Shown in pieces: positions 25,550 to 41,446 of a stretch of DNA of 64,000 bases. This stretch comes from the human T2T-CHM13v2.0 reference genome, Homo sapiens: NCBI RefSeq assembly GCF_009914755.1, contig NC_060936.1. One strand, given 5' to 3'. The notes below the pieces were generated by a model that saw nothing but the letters and a program-made list of their open reading frames with translations, was not told where the DNA came from and did no database searches. Each line of letters opens with the position of its first letter. Within the stretch, counting starts at the first letter, position 1. Made by a program: the position numbers and the translations under genes.

Positions 25550-25748
25550 TTAGTTATGACTAATAAATACAAGTACGAAGTGGCCCTTGGGTCAAGATAA
25601 GTCTGTTGTAGACTTTTTTTTTTCCCCTTGAGACATGGTCTCACTCTGTCACATAGGCTGGAGTGCAGTGGCAGGATCACACCACAACCTATCCGGGCTC
25701 AAGCCATCCTCCCAGCTCTGGCTCCCAAGTAGCTAGGACTATAGGTGA

Positions 25749-25904
<156 letters not shown>

Positions 25905-26157
25905 TAGGTCCCAGAGAATATAAAGACACTCAAAGTATCTCAACCTCTTGGAACACCTCTTGGGCATCAAGAACAACGCTACTAGAAATAAGCAGTTTGC
26001 CTCTAGAGAAACTTCAAGTAAGCACAACAAAGGGCAAAGTGACACAAGATAACTGTGGAATGCAAGCAAACAGCAGCAGCTGGTCTGTATTTTTTTAAAT
26101 GGCAAAGTCACAAACAACAGCAACTGCTTTTAGAGTGAGCAGGTAGTTTGCTTTCTT

Positions 26158-27083
26158 TTTTTTCAAATGGAACTCACTTTTTAAGTGATGACATGCACTT
26201 GGGGGTGGGTAGGTGTGAGTTCATTTGTGTTTTGAAATCCCAAATTAATGAGCATGATAAACCGCTATTGCTGGCCCTGTCTGACTCTCTACTCTGAGTA
26301 ATTGGTGGGTTCCCCCCAACCTTCTCCTAACCCTCACCCTTTTTCCCTTTCCATTGACTTGGGACAGTCCTTGTCAAAGTGCCAATCACAGTGGGAAGGA
26401 GGAGAAGGGGGGAGGTCACAGTGCATGGGATTCAAGGTCACAGTGGGCGGAGCAACGGGGATCACCAGGCAAGTAAGTCAAGTTCCCGCTGCTCAAGTCC
26501 AGCTGTCTGCCACGGTAGTGCAACCCTTGGCGGACGACCCAGGACGCGTTGACGCGGCAGTCGCGCCATCTCTTCTTGCCTGCATTTATCTGCGCTGTTT
26601 GAAGCCGTGTGACCCATCAGGACCCAGAGGCTGTCTGATCACATTATTGGGCTGTCTGCTGTCTTCGGGTTAGGAGATCCTGGTTGGCCTGAAGGGAAGA
26701 AGATCAGAGGAAGACCTATCGAGGATGGGTTTCTCCTGCTTCTCCTCGGGTTGGCGCTGCCCAGGATCCGCTTCCTGGCCTCGGTGTACTCGGCTTCCCA
26801 CTGTGCCAGGGACTTGACTGGAAGGGCGGGCCTGCTAGCGGACTTGGGGCTGCTGACCACACCGTTGCTGGTGGGCCTCTTGAGGATGCGGACCTGTGGA
26901 GGGGGTCCCGGGGGAAAATTATCATCCTGAATCACAATGGGCACTTTGGGAGATTTGAATTTCCTGCTTTCTGTGTGATCTTCAGTTTTTTTTCCAGACG
27001 TCTATTTCCCCGCTGTCTGCCGTCTCCTCCCAGCTCTCAGCAACCTCCTCATATTCCATCTTACTCGCCACTTTCCAGATCGC
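26158..27083 (-). pseudogene. SZRD1P1: Processed pseudogene of SZRD1 (CDS relic 27059 to 26586)
   Basis: MEYEEVAESWEETADSGEI.. / [35 protein letters not shown] / ..GPDGSHGFKQRR*; frameshifts, TAA at 26670-26672, no introns, TSD ttgctttctt (26148-26157 and 27084-27093). Confidence 0.92.
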
Positions 27084-27924
27084 TTGCTTTCTTATTTCCA
27101 CATTTTCTCTGACTTTTGCAGTATTCAATATTATTACCTGATTCTGATTTTTCAGACATCACTATATGGTCCTTGGCTTTTTGGTCGTTCCTCTCATTCC
27201 TTTGCTGTTTCAAGCTCTGTTCCCAGCCTAAGCTTTTTACCACCGAATTCTGTTCTGTGACCCATAACTTAAAACTAACCCAACTTTTCATTCCCTCCAG
27301 ACTTTTTTTGGTAAGCAGTATCATCATGCTTTAGGTGGACACTGAGTCATACTGCTGTGGTAGTGCTGGTACACGTAGTTTTGAATACCAGGTTCTTGAG
27401 TGAATCCTTTTTACTTCTCTCTCTCTCCCCCACCCCCGCTTCTCCCTTCTGCCTTCATTTCTGACCCTTCTTTTCTGGTTCCATTAGAAAAGGACTAATC
27501 TTATCAGTTCTGCCTTTTTTTTTCTGCTCTAATAATTTTGTCAAGATAATTTTTTCAAAGCACAAGGCCAATGAGAAGGGGGAAAGTCGGTCCAGAAGGC
27601 AGCCGGCCCGACTATTCTGAGTTTGAATCTACTCTTGGTGGTCCTGTTAAAATACAGTTTGAAGCAAATCACTTGTTTTTATGCTTCTAATGTCTACTCT
27701 GTCGAAAGCCCAAATTTCCTTGCTTGGCATTTAAGGAGACTCCAAGTTCTTAAAACTTCTTCTTGACTTTCATGCAAGTCAAACGGATTTATTTATTGTA
27801 TCTCAAACAGTCCTCTTATATTTTCCTTTCTGTATTTTTTGATAATTTTCTTGTGCCTGGAATATTCTCTGCTTTTATTTAAGTCTCACCATCTTTCAAG
27901 ACACAAAATATGTGTGATCTCTGA

Positions 27925-28281
<357 letters not shown>

Positions 28282-28578
28282 TGATCCACCCACCTCAGCC
28301 TCCCAAAGTGCTGGGATTACAAGCGTGAGCCACCGTGCGCAGCCTATCACTTATCTTTTCATGCTTACATTTTCTCACTGCTTGAGATTTTCTTTCATCC
28401 AGGGTCAAGCACTGAGTCTATTAGAAACCCCACTGTATATGATCTGATGAAGATGAGATTATCTTTTTAAAAGCCACATATTAAATCTCTTAAGTTAATA
28501 ATATTGGCAATCAACTTAAATCAACTGAGTGACCACTATGTTTAAGGAAGTTTCCTTTCTGGTAGGCTGGGAAGCGGG

Positions 28579-28648
28579 AGAAGGGAAGGATATAACTTTA
28601 TAAAAAAAAAAAAGCTGCAGAAGGGAAGGATATAACTTTATAAAAAAA
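28579..28648 (+). repeat. 40-bp-period direct duplication; insertion allele of the P1 'del1518' indel (rs3730485)
   Basis: agaagggaaggatataactttataaaaaaa at 28579-28608 and 28619-28648. Confidence 0.88.
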
Positions 28649-28868
28649 GGTCCTTGTTCACAAGGAGCTAATCACTTACTGGCCAGAGAAGAAACGTGTT
28701 CCTTCTTTGCAATGGCTGTGTTTTTGGGTTTAGCTAACTCAATTCTTTATGTCCTCAATTTATGAGACCGCATCAAAAACGTTTTTGCCACATCTCTGTG
28801 GGAAAGTAGGTGAGTCAGAATGAGTGCATAATATATAAGTATATATTTTAATGATAATGAATGTGTAG

Positions 28869-29012
<144 letters not shown>

Positions 29013-29829
29013 TAGCTGGGATTACAGGTGACCGCCACCACGCCCGACTAATTTTTGTAGTTTTTAGTAGAGACGGCGTTTCCCATGTTGGCCAGGTTGG
29101 TCTTGAACTCCTGACCTCAAGTGATCCACCCGCCTCGGCCTACCCAAAGTGATGGGATTACAAGCGTGAGCCACCGCGCCCAGCCAAACCCAAACATTCT
29201 AAAAGCGCAGAGTAACCGCTCCCCTCCCCGCCAACGGTAACCAGCATCTTCGTTCTCCAACCAGAACAGCTGTATGCACCGGTGTATAAGCCTGCCTTAA
29301 GTGCTATTTTTAATCTTTTTTAAAAACAGGCCTTAAAATAACTCATTTGGGTACAACTCCAGCGGCTGGTGGAGTGGGCTTAATATATTAAACAGCTGTT
29401 AATTTTGGTTTCTTTTTGGTAACAGCGACACGGAGATCCGCATTTGTCGCAGTTTCCACCGCGGGCGGGAAGTGTAAACACAAGAAATACAAACATAGCG
29501 CAACGGCTAAAGGAGTGTCACAGCGCCAAACCTTGCTGGCTCCGCGCCAGGCCGAGCCCCACCCTCTCAGCTCGCGGCCAACACCCCCACCCCGCCTCAC
29601 AGCCCGCCGCGCCCGCGGGGCGACACCCCCCACTCCATCATCCCGGAGGTGGTGCGGCCGAGCCCCGGACCCAATTGGCGGAAGCGGGGCCGGTTGTGTG
29701 CGCGCGCACAAATGCCCGGATGCGCCGCGACGACCCGCGCGCTCCCCTCGGGCGGTAGGGGGCGCGCACCGAGGCACCGCGGCGAGCTTGGCTGCTTCTG
29801 GGGCCTGTGTGGCCCTGTGTGTCGGAAAG

Positions 29830-29874
29830 ATGGAGCAAGAAGCCGAGCCCGAGGGGCGGCCGCGACCCCTCTGA
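29830..29874 (+). promoter_or_regulatory. uORF1 in exon 1 (MEQEAEPEGRPRPL*)
   Basis: ATG 29830 to TGA 29874; inhibitory uORFs are known for P1 transcripts. Confidence 0.9.
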
Positions 29875-29963
29875 CCGAGATCCTGCTGCTTTCGCAGCCA
29901 GGAGCACCGTCCCTCCCCGGATTAGTGCGTACGAGCGCCCAGTGCCCTGGCCCGGAGAGTGGA

Positions 29964-30008
29964 ATGATCCCCGAGGCCCAGGGCGTCGTGCTTCCGCGCG
30001 CCCCGTGA
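29964..30008 (+). promoter_or_regulatory. uORF2 in exon 1 (MIPEAQGVVLPRAP*)
   Basis: ATG 29964 to TGA 30008. Confidence 0.9.
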
Positions 30009-30060
30009 AGGAAACTGGGGAGTCTTGAGGGACCCCCGACTCCAAGCGCGAAAACCCCGG

Positions 30061-30074
30061 ATGGTGAGGAGCAG
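30061..30074 (+). CDS. MDM2: MDM2 exon 1 coding part (start of the MVRSRQ extension of the 497-aa form)
   Basis: ATGGTGAGGAGCAG|gtactg; joins exon 3 in frame. Confidence 0.9.
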
Positions 30075-30183
30075 GTACTGGCCCGGCAGCGAGCGGTCAC
30101 TTTTGGGTCTGGGCTCTGACGGTGTCCCCTCTATCGCTGGTTCCCAGCCTCTGCCCGTTCGCAGCCTTTGTGCGGTTCGTGGC

Positions 30184-30223
30184 TGGGGGCTCGGGGCGCG
30201 GGGCGCGGGGCATGGGGCACGTG
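30184..30223 (+). promoter_or_regulatory. (nnGGGGC)5 G-quadruplex/GC element followed by E-box CACGTG (30218-30223)
   Basis: tgggggc tcggggc gcggggc gcggggc atggggc acgtg. Confidence 0.85.
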
Positions 30224-30382
30224 GCTTTGCGGAGGTTTTGTTGGACTGGGGCTAGGCAGTCGCCGCCAGGGAGGAGGGCGGGATTTCGGACGGCTCTCGC
30301 GGCGGTGGGGGTGGGGGTGGTTCGGAGGTCTCCGCGGGAGTTCAGGGTAAAGGTCACGGGGGCCGGGGGCTGCGGGGCCGCT

Positions 30383-30383
30383 G
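30383..30383 (+). promoter_or_regulatory. SNP309 (rs2279744) G allele
   Basis: Intron 1 starts at 30075, so +309 = 30383; context GGGGCCGCT[G]CGGCGCG. Confidence 0.9.
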
Positions 30384-30481
30384 CGGCGCGGGAGGTCCGG
30401 ATGATCGCAGGTGCCTGTCGGGTCACTAGTGTGAACGCTGCGCGTAGTCTGGGCGGGATTGGGCCGGTTCAGTGGGCAGGT

Positions 30482-30498
30482 TGACTCAGCTTTTCCTC
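30482..30498 (+). promoter_or_regulatory. Composite AP-1 (TGACTCA) / ETS (TTCC) element of P2
   Basis: tgactcagcttttcctc. Confidence 0.85.
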
Positions 30499-30505
30499 TT
30501 GAGCT

Positions 30506-30525
30506 GGTCAAGTTCAGACACGTTC
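30506..30525 (+). promoter_or_regulatory. p53 response element 1
   Basis: GGTCAAGTTC AGACACGTTC, two RRRCWWGYYY-like decamers. Confidence 0.95.
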
Positions 30526-30542
30526 CGAAACTGCAGTAAAAG

Positions 30543-30563
30543 GAGTTAAGTCCTGACTTGTCT
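30543..30563 (+). promoter_or_regulatory. p53 response element 2
   Basis: G AGTTAAGTCC TGACTTGTCT. Confidence 0.95.
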
Positions 30564-30574
30564 CCAGCTGGGGC

Positions 30575-30902
<328 letters not shown>

Positions 30903-31962
30903 TAAGAATAATTTATTTTATGAAGTGATAAACTAAATTTCGTATACCTCAATTGTAGCATGGCTCTGTAAATAAAATTGTATGTGCATAGCTTAAAGTG
31001 TGCTACCTCTGGCGTAACTGCGTGGAGTTAAAAACTGTTAAGAACTGGTCAGTATTTTTTTAGCCATTTGCCACATTTGCTTTAAAAATTAGTTCCATTA
31101 CATTGTTAAGCGTGGTTGAAGTTACGTTTGTTACGTGACTGATTTTTTTTTCCTTTTTGACCTCCCAGTATTTAATTTTTAAAAATGGTTTCTAAAAGTC
31201 AAAAAAATTATTCGTGCTTGTTTTAAAGATTTTTGTCATTAGAGAAATTTTAAAGTAAAACCTGAAAATTCCAGGCTTTTTGCTCCATGTTTCCTTTTAG
31301 ATTTTTTGTGTGCGTACCCACATATATTTACATTTGAATTTAAATCTATGTTATTGTCCTGTTTGTTGTACTAACAAGATGAAACTGTAGTTGTTCTGTG
31401 ACTTGCATCCTTGTCAATAAATAAAGTCTACAGAATTCTTTTTAATGGCTGCATAGTATTCCACAGCATGAGTATACCATTTTAAAAATTATTTATGCCT
31501 TTACTGATAGGTTTTTAAAAATTGCCTCCTGTTTTTGAGTATTACAGATAGTGCCGCTTTGTACATGCATCCCGTGTGACTATTTCTGTAAGAAAGATTT
31601 TATAGAATTATAGGCTGGCCTCGGTGGCTCACCCCTGTAATCCCATCACTTTGGGAGGCCAAGGCGGACCGATCACCTGAGATGAGGAGTTCAAGACTAG
31701 CCTGGCCAACATGGTGAAAACCTGTCTCTACTAAAAATACAAAAATTAGTCGGGCATGGTGGCGCGCGCCTATAATCCCCTGCTGAGGAGGCTGGGGCAG
31801 GAGAATCGCTTGAACCCAGGAGGCAGAGGTTGCGGTGAGCCAAGATTGCGCCATTTCACTCCAGCCTGGGCGATAAGAGCGAAACTCCGTCTAAAAAAAA
31901 AAAAAGAAAAGAAAAAGATTTTAGAGAATTAGAACTCCTGAGTTCTCAATTTTACTATTTGA

Positions 31963-32248
<286 letters not shown>

Positions 32249-32411
32249 TAGCCAGGATGATCTTGATCCCCTGACCTGGTGATCCGCCCGCCTCGGCCTC
32301 CCAAAGTGCTGGGATTACAGGCGTGAGTCACTGCGCCTGGCCTCTTTTATTATTATTACTATTTTTTTGATAAAAGGTACTGTACCATTGTTTAAATTCA
32401 TTTTTCTCTAG

Positions 32412-32756
<345 letters not shown>

Positions 32757-33150
32757 TAAGTCATTTATTTCTTCTGGGACTTGCCTAGTCTTATCTGTCC
32801 ATTTTCCTTTTAGTTTTTTAAAATTTTTCTTAGTAATTGGAGTAGCTCTATGTGTTTCAAGTATATTTAACTTTTGTTGTTTACTAATGTAGCATTTAAT
32901 TTTATGTTGTCTTTTCCCCATTGAGAACAATTCTGTGAAGTAAAATTTGTTGGCTTTTGAATTTCATATCATGCTTTGGAAGAACTCTCCTGTCCCAAGA
33001 TCTTGCAAATATATTCCTATATTTTCTTCTAGATTTAAATTTTTTAAATATTTAGATCTTCACCTGTAATTTACCTTCTTGTTCTTCAATGTAAGATTAC
33101 AAATGCTATTATCTTTTATAGCTGTTTTCTCATTAATACATGTCTTTTAA

Positions 33151-33418
<268 letters not shown>

Positions 33419-35135
33419 TGATCTGCCTGTCTTGGCCTCCCAAAGTGCTGGGATTAAAGGCATGAGCCACTGCGCCTGGCCCACACCTGGGTAATTTTTG
33501 TATATTTAATAGAGACGGAGTTTCACTGTGTTGGCCAGGCTGGTCTCACACTCCTGACCTCAGGTGATCTGCCTGCCTCGGCCTCCCAAAGTGCTGGGAT
33601 TACAGACCTGAGCCACTGCACCTGGCTTCCATTACAGATTTTTACTTTGAATTATTTTATCTAATTTGAAGCTAATATAGCATATAATAAAAATTCAGGA
33701 GAAAAAAGGTTATTTTTAAATCTTTTTTGAGAGAGTCCATTCTTTAGCCTGAAAGTAAAGTGCATATGTAAGCACAGTTAAAAAAAAAAAAAGTGATCAG
33801 AAAAATTAATAATTCAATTCTATATGTATTTTAAATTTTTCAATTGTTAAATAATATTTGTTTTATTGATTAGCTGGAAATAGGCAATTTTTAAAAATCT
33901 GTTTTTAAGGCATCCCCAATGGGGGTGCTGTCAGATTTTAAAGTTAGACAGAGGACCGGGGCATATTAAAGAGAGGTGCAGAGGTACCAGTTTGTGTGGT
34001 AGTGGCAAGCTGTAAAGATACTTGAGTTTTGCAGATTTTGATAAACCAAAAGGAAGGGAGAAAGTGCATAGTATATTACATTCCCCTCCCCCATGACAAT
34101 TATTTTTCTCAAGACCATTTGTAAAACCTCTAGATAAGGGGCAGGCAAATGTTAGCCTGTCAGCCAACTTTGGCCTGTTACCTGTTTTTGTTTTAGTTTT
34201 TAAATTTTTTTTGTAGAGGTGGAGTCTCTCAGTGTGGCCCAGGCTGGTCTTGAACACCTAGCCTCAAGCAAACCTCTAGCACTGTCTCCCAAAGTGCTGG
34301 GGTTATAGGCAAGAGCCACCTCTCCCAGCCAGCTGCCTTTCTTTCTGTAAGGAAAATTTTACTGGAATGCAACCATGCCCGTTGGTTTACATAGTAGCCA
34401 TGCTTTTTACTTGGATAGAACCATTTGTATGAAAAGCTTAAAATACTTACAGTCTGGCTCTTTACAGAAAAAAATTGACCCCTAATCTAGTTGGCAGGCT
34501 CCTTGCATACAGGTCATATGTCTTATTTGTAATTTCTTTTGCAGTACCTACCACTGTCCAGTGCATAGTAGAAGCTCAATAAATGTTTGTCAAGTAGATA
34601 TTTGAAATGTAGACTAACTAAGAGGCAGCATGATATAGTAGGAAGAAAATGCTGAGTTGTAGTTGAGGGACCTGGGTTGTTATCTCTGATCTGTTCTTAA
34701 TTACCCTTGTCAGCTTGGGTTAGTTAGTTAGGTTCTCTAGCCTTCAGGAACCTAATCTTTAGAAAGAGAAGATTGATAACAGGACCCACTCTAAAGATTT
34801 ATTCATTTCTCTTTGATTCTCTAAGTTAGCTTGCAATAAGCTCGTTGGATCAGTACGGTAAGCTCATTGGATCTCAGTAATTTATGGTTGTTTGTAAGGC
34901 AGTAAGCAGGTAATATAAATAGCTGAAGGAAAAAGTAATCTTTGCTCTTTTGGATTGGATACTATCTGTGATCACAACTGATACTTGATGATTCCATGAT
35001 ACTTGCATAATGATTAGATCCTCCCCAGCATTTTTTCCAAATCCCCTTTATTGAACTTGATGGATATGTTTGCTGCAGGGCCTATAGTTCTGGGATAATT
35101 TTGGAAGTATAATAGCAGTTCTTTTCTCTTTATAG

Positions 35136-35210
35136 GTTAGACCAAAGCCATTGCTTTTGAAGTTATTAAAGTCTGTTGGTGCACAAAAAGACACTTATAC
35201 TATGAAAGAG
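35136..35210 (+). CDS. MDM2: MDM2 exon 4 (p53-binding SWIB domain; Met50 ATG at 35202)
   Basis: tttatag|GTTAGACCA...ATGAAAGAG|gtaagc; VRPKPLLLKLLKSVGAQKDTYTMKE. Confidence 0.98.
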
Positions 35211-35428
35211 GTAAGCTGAATCAAGAGATAAGTAGTATCTCACTAGTTACATGTAGCCATACTTAAAGTTTTCAAGACCATGTGGAGAAATTGGCCATAT
35301 AGAAGGATTTTTCATTAAGCAGCAACATTTAATTTTGTGGTCGTTTGGACTATATTTTAAAGCTGAAAATTCTAATTATACTCGAGTTTCATTTCTCAGC
35401 TAGGAACTCAGATAAATGGAAGCCCCGT

Positions 35429-36225
<797 letters not shown>

Positions 36226-37940
36226 CACTAGAGATACATGAGTACAGTATACTGATCTTTCTGGGATAGAGGTGAGCTGATTCATGACCATATATTCTAT
36301 CTAATGGTTCCAGCATTTTAATGCATTCCCCACCTTTAAATTTGTGCACAGAAGCATGATTTTCAGTGACAGATTGAGCCACCTTAGGCAGAATTTCAGT
36401 GTGATTGAAATATGCCTGTTCTCTGTCTCTCCCACTTAGTTTATGGGACTCAGATTACTTAAAACATTTAAGTTTCTTTCTTACAACGGTATAGTGGGGC
36501 AGGAAGAGCTTCCATTTTTCTTTTTCCTCTCCAGCTATACTTTTAGAAACTTCCTTAAAGGATGTTTGGTAGAATAAATCTAAGTTCTCTTCCTTTTTCC
36601 TTTCCCACTGCTGGACAGCAATCTGTCCAATCCACAGTCACATAAGAATATTCCTTTAAGGCCGATGCCTGCTTAGCCAGTTAAATCCAAAGACAGTGTT
36701 TGTAGGAAAGGGCCAGGTTAAATGGTATTTTTAAGGCTAATTTGGGATTGACCTTATTATCATTGGATAATCAGTTAAGGAAACAAAAAAGTATGGATTT
36801 AGCAGTAGATAGAAATGAGAAAATTGGCCAAGGCCATCATAAAGACTTAGAATGCTTATGCTAAACTATGTAACAGTAGTGTATGTATTGTCTGATATAG
36901 TTCTCAGTTATAGGATCTTTGTTCTGGGGCACACAGGAAGGTAGTGAAAGCTAGTATGGGTAGTAAAAAGAGCGTTGGATTAAGAGTCAGAAGAGCTGGG
37001 GCCAGTTTCTTCTTCTTTTTTTTTTTTTTTTTTTTTTTTATGTGACAGTTTCTCACTCTCTTGCCCAGGCTGGAGTGCAGTGGCATGATCACTGCTCGCT
37101 GCAGCCTGGACCTCGTGGGCTCAGGTGATCCTCCCACCTCAGTGTCTGCAGTAGCTAGGACTACAGGCTTGTACCACTATGCCTGGCTAATTTTTGTATT
37201 TTTTTGTAGAGATGGAGTTTCACTATGTTGCCCAGGCTGGTCTGGAACTCCTGGGCTCAAGGGATCTGCTTACCTCGGCCTCCTAAAGTGCTAGATTTAC
37301 AGGTGTGAGCCACTGTGCCCAACGCAATTTCTTCATTTCTAATACAGTGATAATAATCTTATGAAATATCAGAATGAGATAATACTTATAAAAGTACATT
37401 GTAAACTGTAAAATGCCATATGTATTTAGGTAGTTGTTAATAGGTTTATATCTGGATATCTTAAAAATGTATTGCCAACTTCTTGTCTTAATGCAGCACA
37501 GGGAATATAATTTAACTTTTATTAATGGTTCAAAGTCATTATTTTGATTATTTATCATAATATGGAGTAAATTGATACCTTAGAGGGTTTATTTCATTCT
37601 CAGAATTCTCTCAAACTGTTTTGTAGCTGTCATTGATTGATTGTTTTTCTGTCTTCCTCCTCTGGTGACCTCAGAGGCTATTGAGGTTTATAGTATTTAT
37701 GACTATTTACTAAGTGGCTCCAGACCACTGCCATATTTTAGTTGATTTTTGTTTCTGCAACTTTTTTGGCTATCAGTTTTTTATTTTGCTGCCTTTTCCC
37801 TTCCTAATATGTTAGTATCTAAGTATCTGGGCAGAGTTAAAGTCTACAAGGAAAAAAACCTCACATTTTAAGGTTTGCTTAAGTAAATAGAGAAGCAGTT
37901 ATTTCTGCTTCTGTCAAATTAAATGGAAAAGGCTTAAAAG

Positions 37941-37971
<31 letters not shown>

Positions 37972-37978
37972 GAGATGA

Positions 37979-38218
<240 letters not shown>

Positions 38219-38365
38219 TGAGCCACTGCGCCCAGCCAAAAGTAGCTTCTAAGTACAAAATGGTTGTTCTACATAGTTGTGGATATGGTTCCTGGTTGTT
38301 TACCCCTATTCAGATAAATAGGATATTATTAAATGTATTTACAACTAACATTTAGTTTTCTTTAA

Positions 38366-38527
<162 letters not shown>

Positions 38528-39169
38528 TAATTCTTCAGTTTAGTCCATTGTAAAAAGCCATCTGGGCTAACATTTCAGTTCACCTCTACCCTCATTCACT
38601 TTTGTCAGAGAAAAACTGTTGAAACATATTAAAGACATGCTGAAACTTAATTTTTTAGCTCTGCGGCATATTATTTGAGAACCTGAGCTCTGGCATCTTA
38701 TAAACCAGTGTTTGAAACCTAGCCCAATCATTTACTAGTTTTGTGACTAGATAAATTAACCTTTTTAAACCTGCTTCCCCATTTATAAAATAGGGATAAT
38801 TAAATACTTCATGTGGAGGTTAAAGCTCTTGAAGAGAGACGTTGTATAAAAAAGCATAGTTTTGGGCACATACAAAGCATTCAAGTATTAGCTGTAGCTA
38901 TTATAACTTTTTATTCCAGAAACAGTATACCACCACGTGGTAAAGGCTTACATTTGAGCCTTAGTTATTTTGGAGATCATTTTCATTGTCACCTATCATT
39001 ATGGCACTTAACCAGCAGAATTTAACCCAGGTAATATTTCTAGAAATAGGCCTGGTGCGGTGGCTCACACCTGTAATCCCAGCACTTTGAGAGGCCAAGG
39101 CGGGTGGATCACCTGAGGTTGGGAGTTGGAGACCAGCCTGACCAACATGGAGAAACCCTGTCTCTACTA

Positions 39170-39538
<369 letters not shown>

Positions 39539-41091
39539 TAATTTTTGTATTTTTAGTAGAGACAGGGTTTCACGATGTTGACCAGGCTGGTCTTGAGCTC
39601 CTAACCTTCGGTAATCCACCTGCCATGGCCTCCCAAAGTGCTGGGATTACAGATGTGAGCAACCACACCCGGCCTACATTTGGAATTCTTTGTCACATTT
39701 GGTTTAGCACAGGCAATCCGTGTTGAGCCTTAGCATTCATTACATTAATAAATGGAATGAATACGTTCACCTGAGACAATTAACTAGCTTCTGCTAGTAT
39801 TTAATGCTCAGTAGTATAGCTGAAAAGATGATAATTAAATGGGATTTTATTTTATTAAAAAACATAACTTCCTCAGCTGAGCAAGGGATTTTATAACTTT
39901 AAAACAACCTTATTATTGTAAACATAGTATATATTATTATTGAACATTAGGAGATGACAGAAAACTAAGAAAAGTAAAGGAAAAAAAAGGACTGTAGTTT
40001 GTTAACAAAAGGTATTTTTACCAGTCATTTGTGTATTATGTGCAACTGTGTGTTTTAACCTAGTTATGAATATAGTACTATATTTAAATTTCATCTAGCT
40101 TCTTAATTTGTATTATAATTTGTATATTATATATTATAATATACATATAATATAATTATATATATTACAAATATATGTATAATTATTATTTTTTATTGAT
40201 GAGTCACTTCTGTTTAATATCCATATATGTTGTCATTTTATACGTGGCCTTGGTATATATGGTTTAATTTTATAAATTTTAAAAATAACTATATTGGTAT
40301 ATTGGTGATTTCTTTACCTATTGAATATTGAATCTTCTATTTTTTTTCTTTTTTTTTTGAGATGAAGTCTTGCTCTGTTGCCCAGGCTGCAACCTCTGCC
40401 TCCTGGGTTCAAGCGATTCTCTTGCCTCAGCCTCCTGAGTAGCTGGGATTACAGGTGCACACTACTATGAGCAGCTAATTTTTTGTATTTTTAGTAGAGA
40501 TGGGGTTTTGCCATGTTGGCCAGGCTGGTCTCGAACTCCTGACTTCAAGTGATCTGCCTGTCTTGGCCTCCCAAAGTGCTGGGATTACAGACGTGAGCCA
40601 CTGTGCCTGGTCTGAATATTGAATCTTCGGATAATGTTTGGAAGTATGATTTCCTTGGACTTGAATTCTAAATGTTGAGAGATAAGAAATAGGAGAAATT
40701 ACTGACTTGAAAAGGATATGAATTAAAAATATTGTGGGTTTAGGTTGCTGTATCCTTATTCCCAAGGATGAAAAAAGATAGTTGGGATTCATATTTCCTC
40801 TTAATATTGAGTGAGAAACAATATTTTGTGACAAACACTCTCTTAAATCCTTAGTTTAAAAACAAAAGGAAAAATCCATTGTGACATCAACGAATACTGG
40901 GGTAAATGAATTATCCTCCTGTTAGGATATAAACTTCATGAGGGCATATACATTTCTGTTTCATTCTTTGTTTTCCCCCGTGTCTGGTACATAGTACCAG
41001 TGACTGGTACGTGGTAGGTTTTCAGTCTGTATTTATTGAATGAATGAGTACTGCTTTATCTGTTAATAAGTTTCTTTTTTTTCTTCCCTGA

Positions 41092-41196
<105 letters not shown>

Positions 41197-41446
41197 TGAG
41201 TAGCTGGGATTACAGGCATGCGCCACCATGCCCAGCTAATTTTATATTTTTAGTAGAGATGGGGTTTCTCCATGTTGGTCAGGCTGGTCTTGAGCTCCAG
41301 GCCTCGGGTGATCTGCCGGACTCGGCCTTCCGAAGTGCTGGGATTACAGGTGTCTGTGAGCCACTGCGCCCGGCCTCTGTTAATACGTTTTAAGATCAAG
41401 AAAGGAAGTTGAAGCTTGATGAAAGTCAAGATTATAATCAAATTCC

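Noticed and set aside
26639-26944. 101-aa SUZ-domain ORF as a functional gene
   Set aside because: Part of a frameshifted, TSD-flanked retrocopy; starts at a GTG and drifts out of the parent frame
29388-30511. Many overlapping 100-167 aa ORFs on both strands
   Set aside because: Expected from stop-codon scarcity in a CpG island; only the two uORFs and the exon-1 ATG are supported
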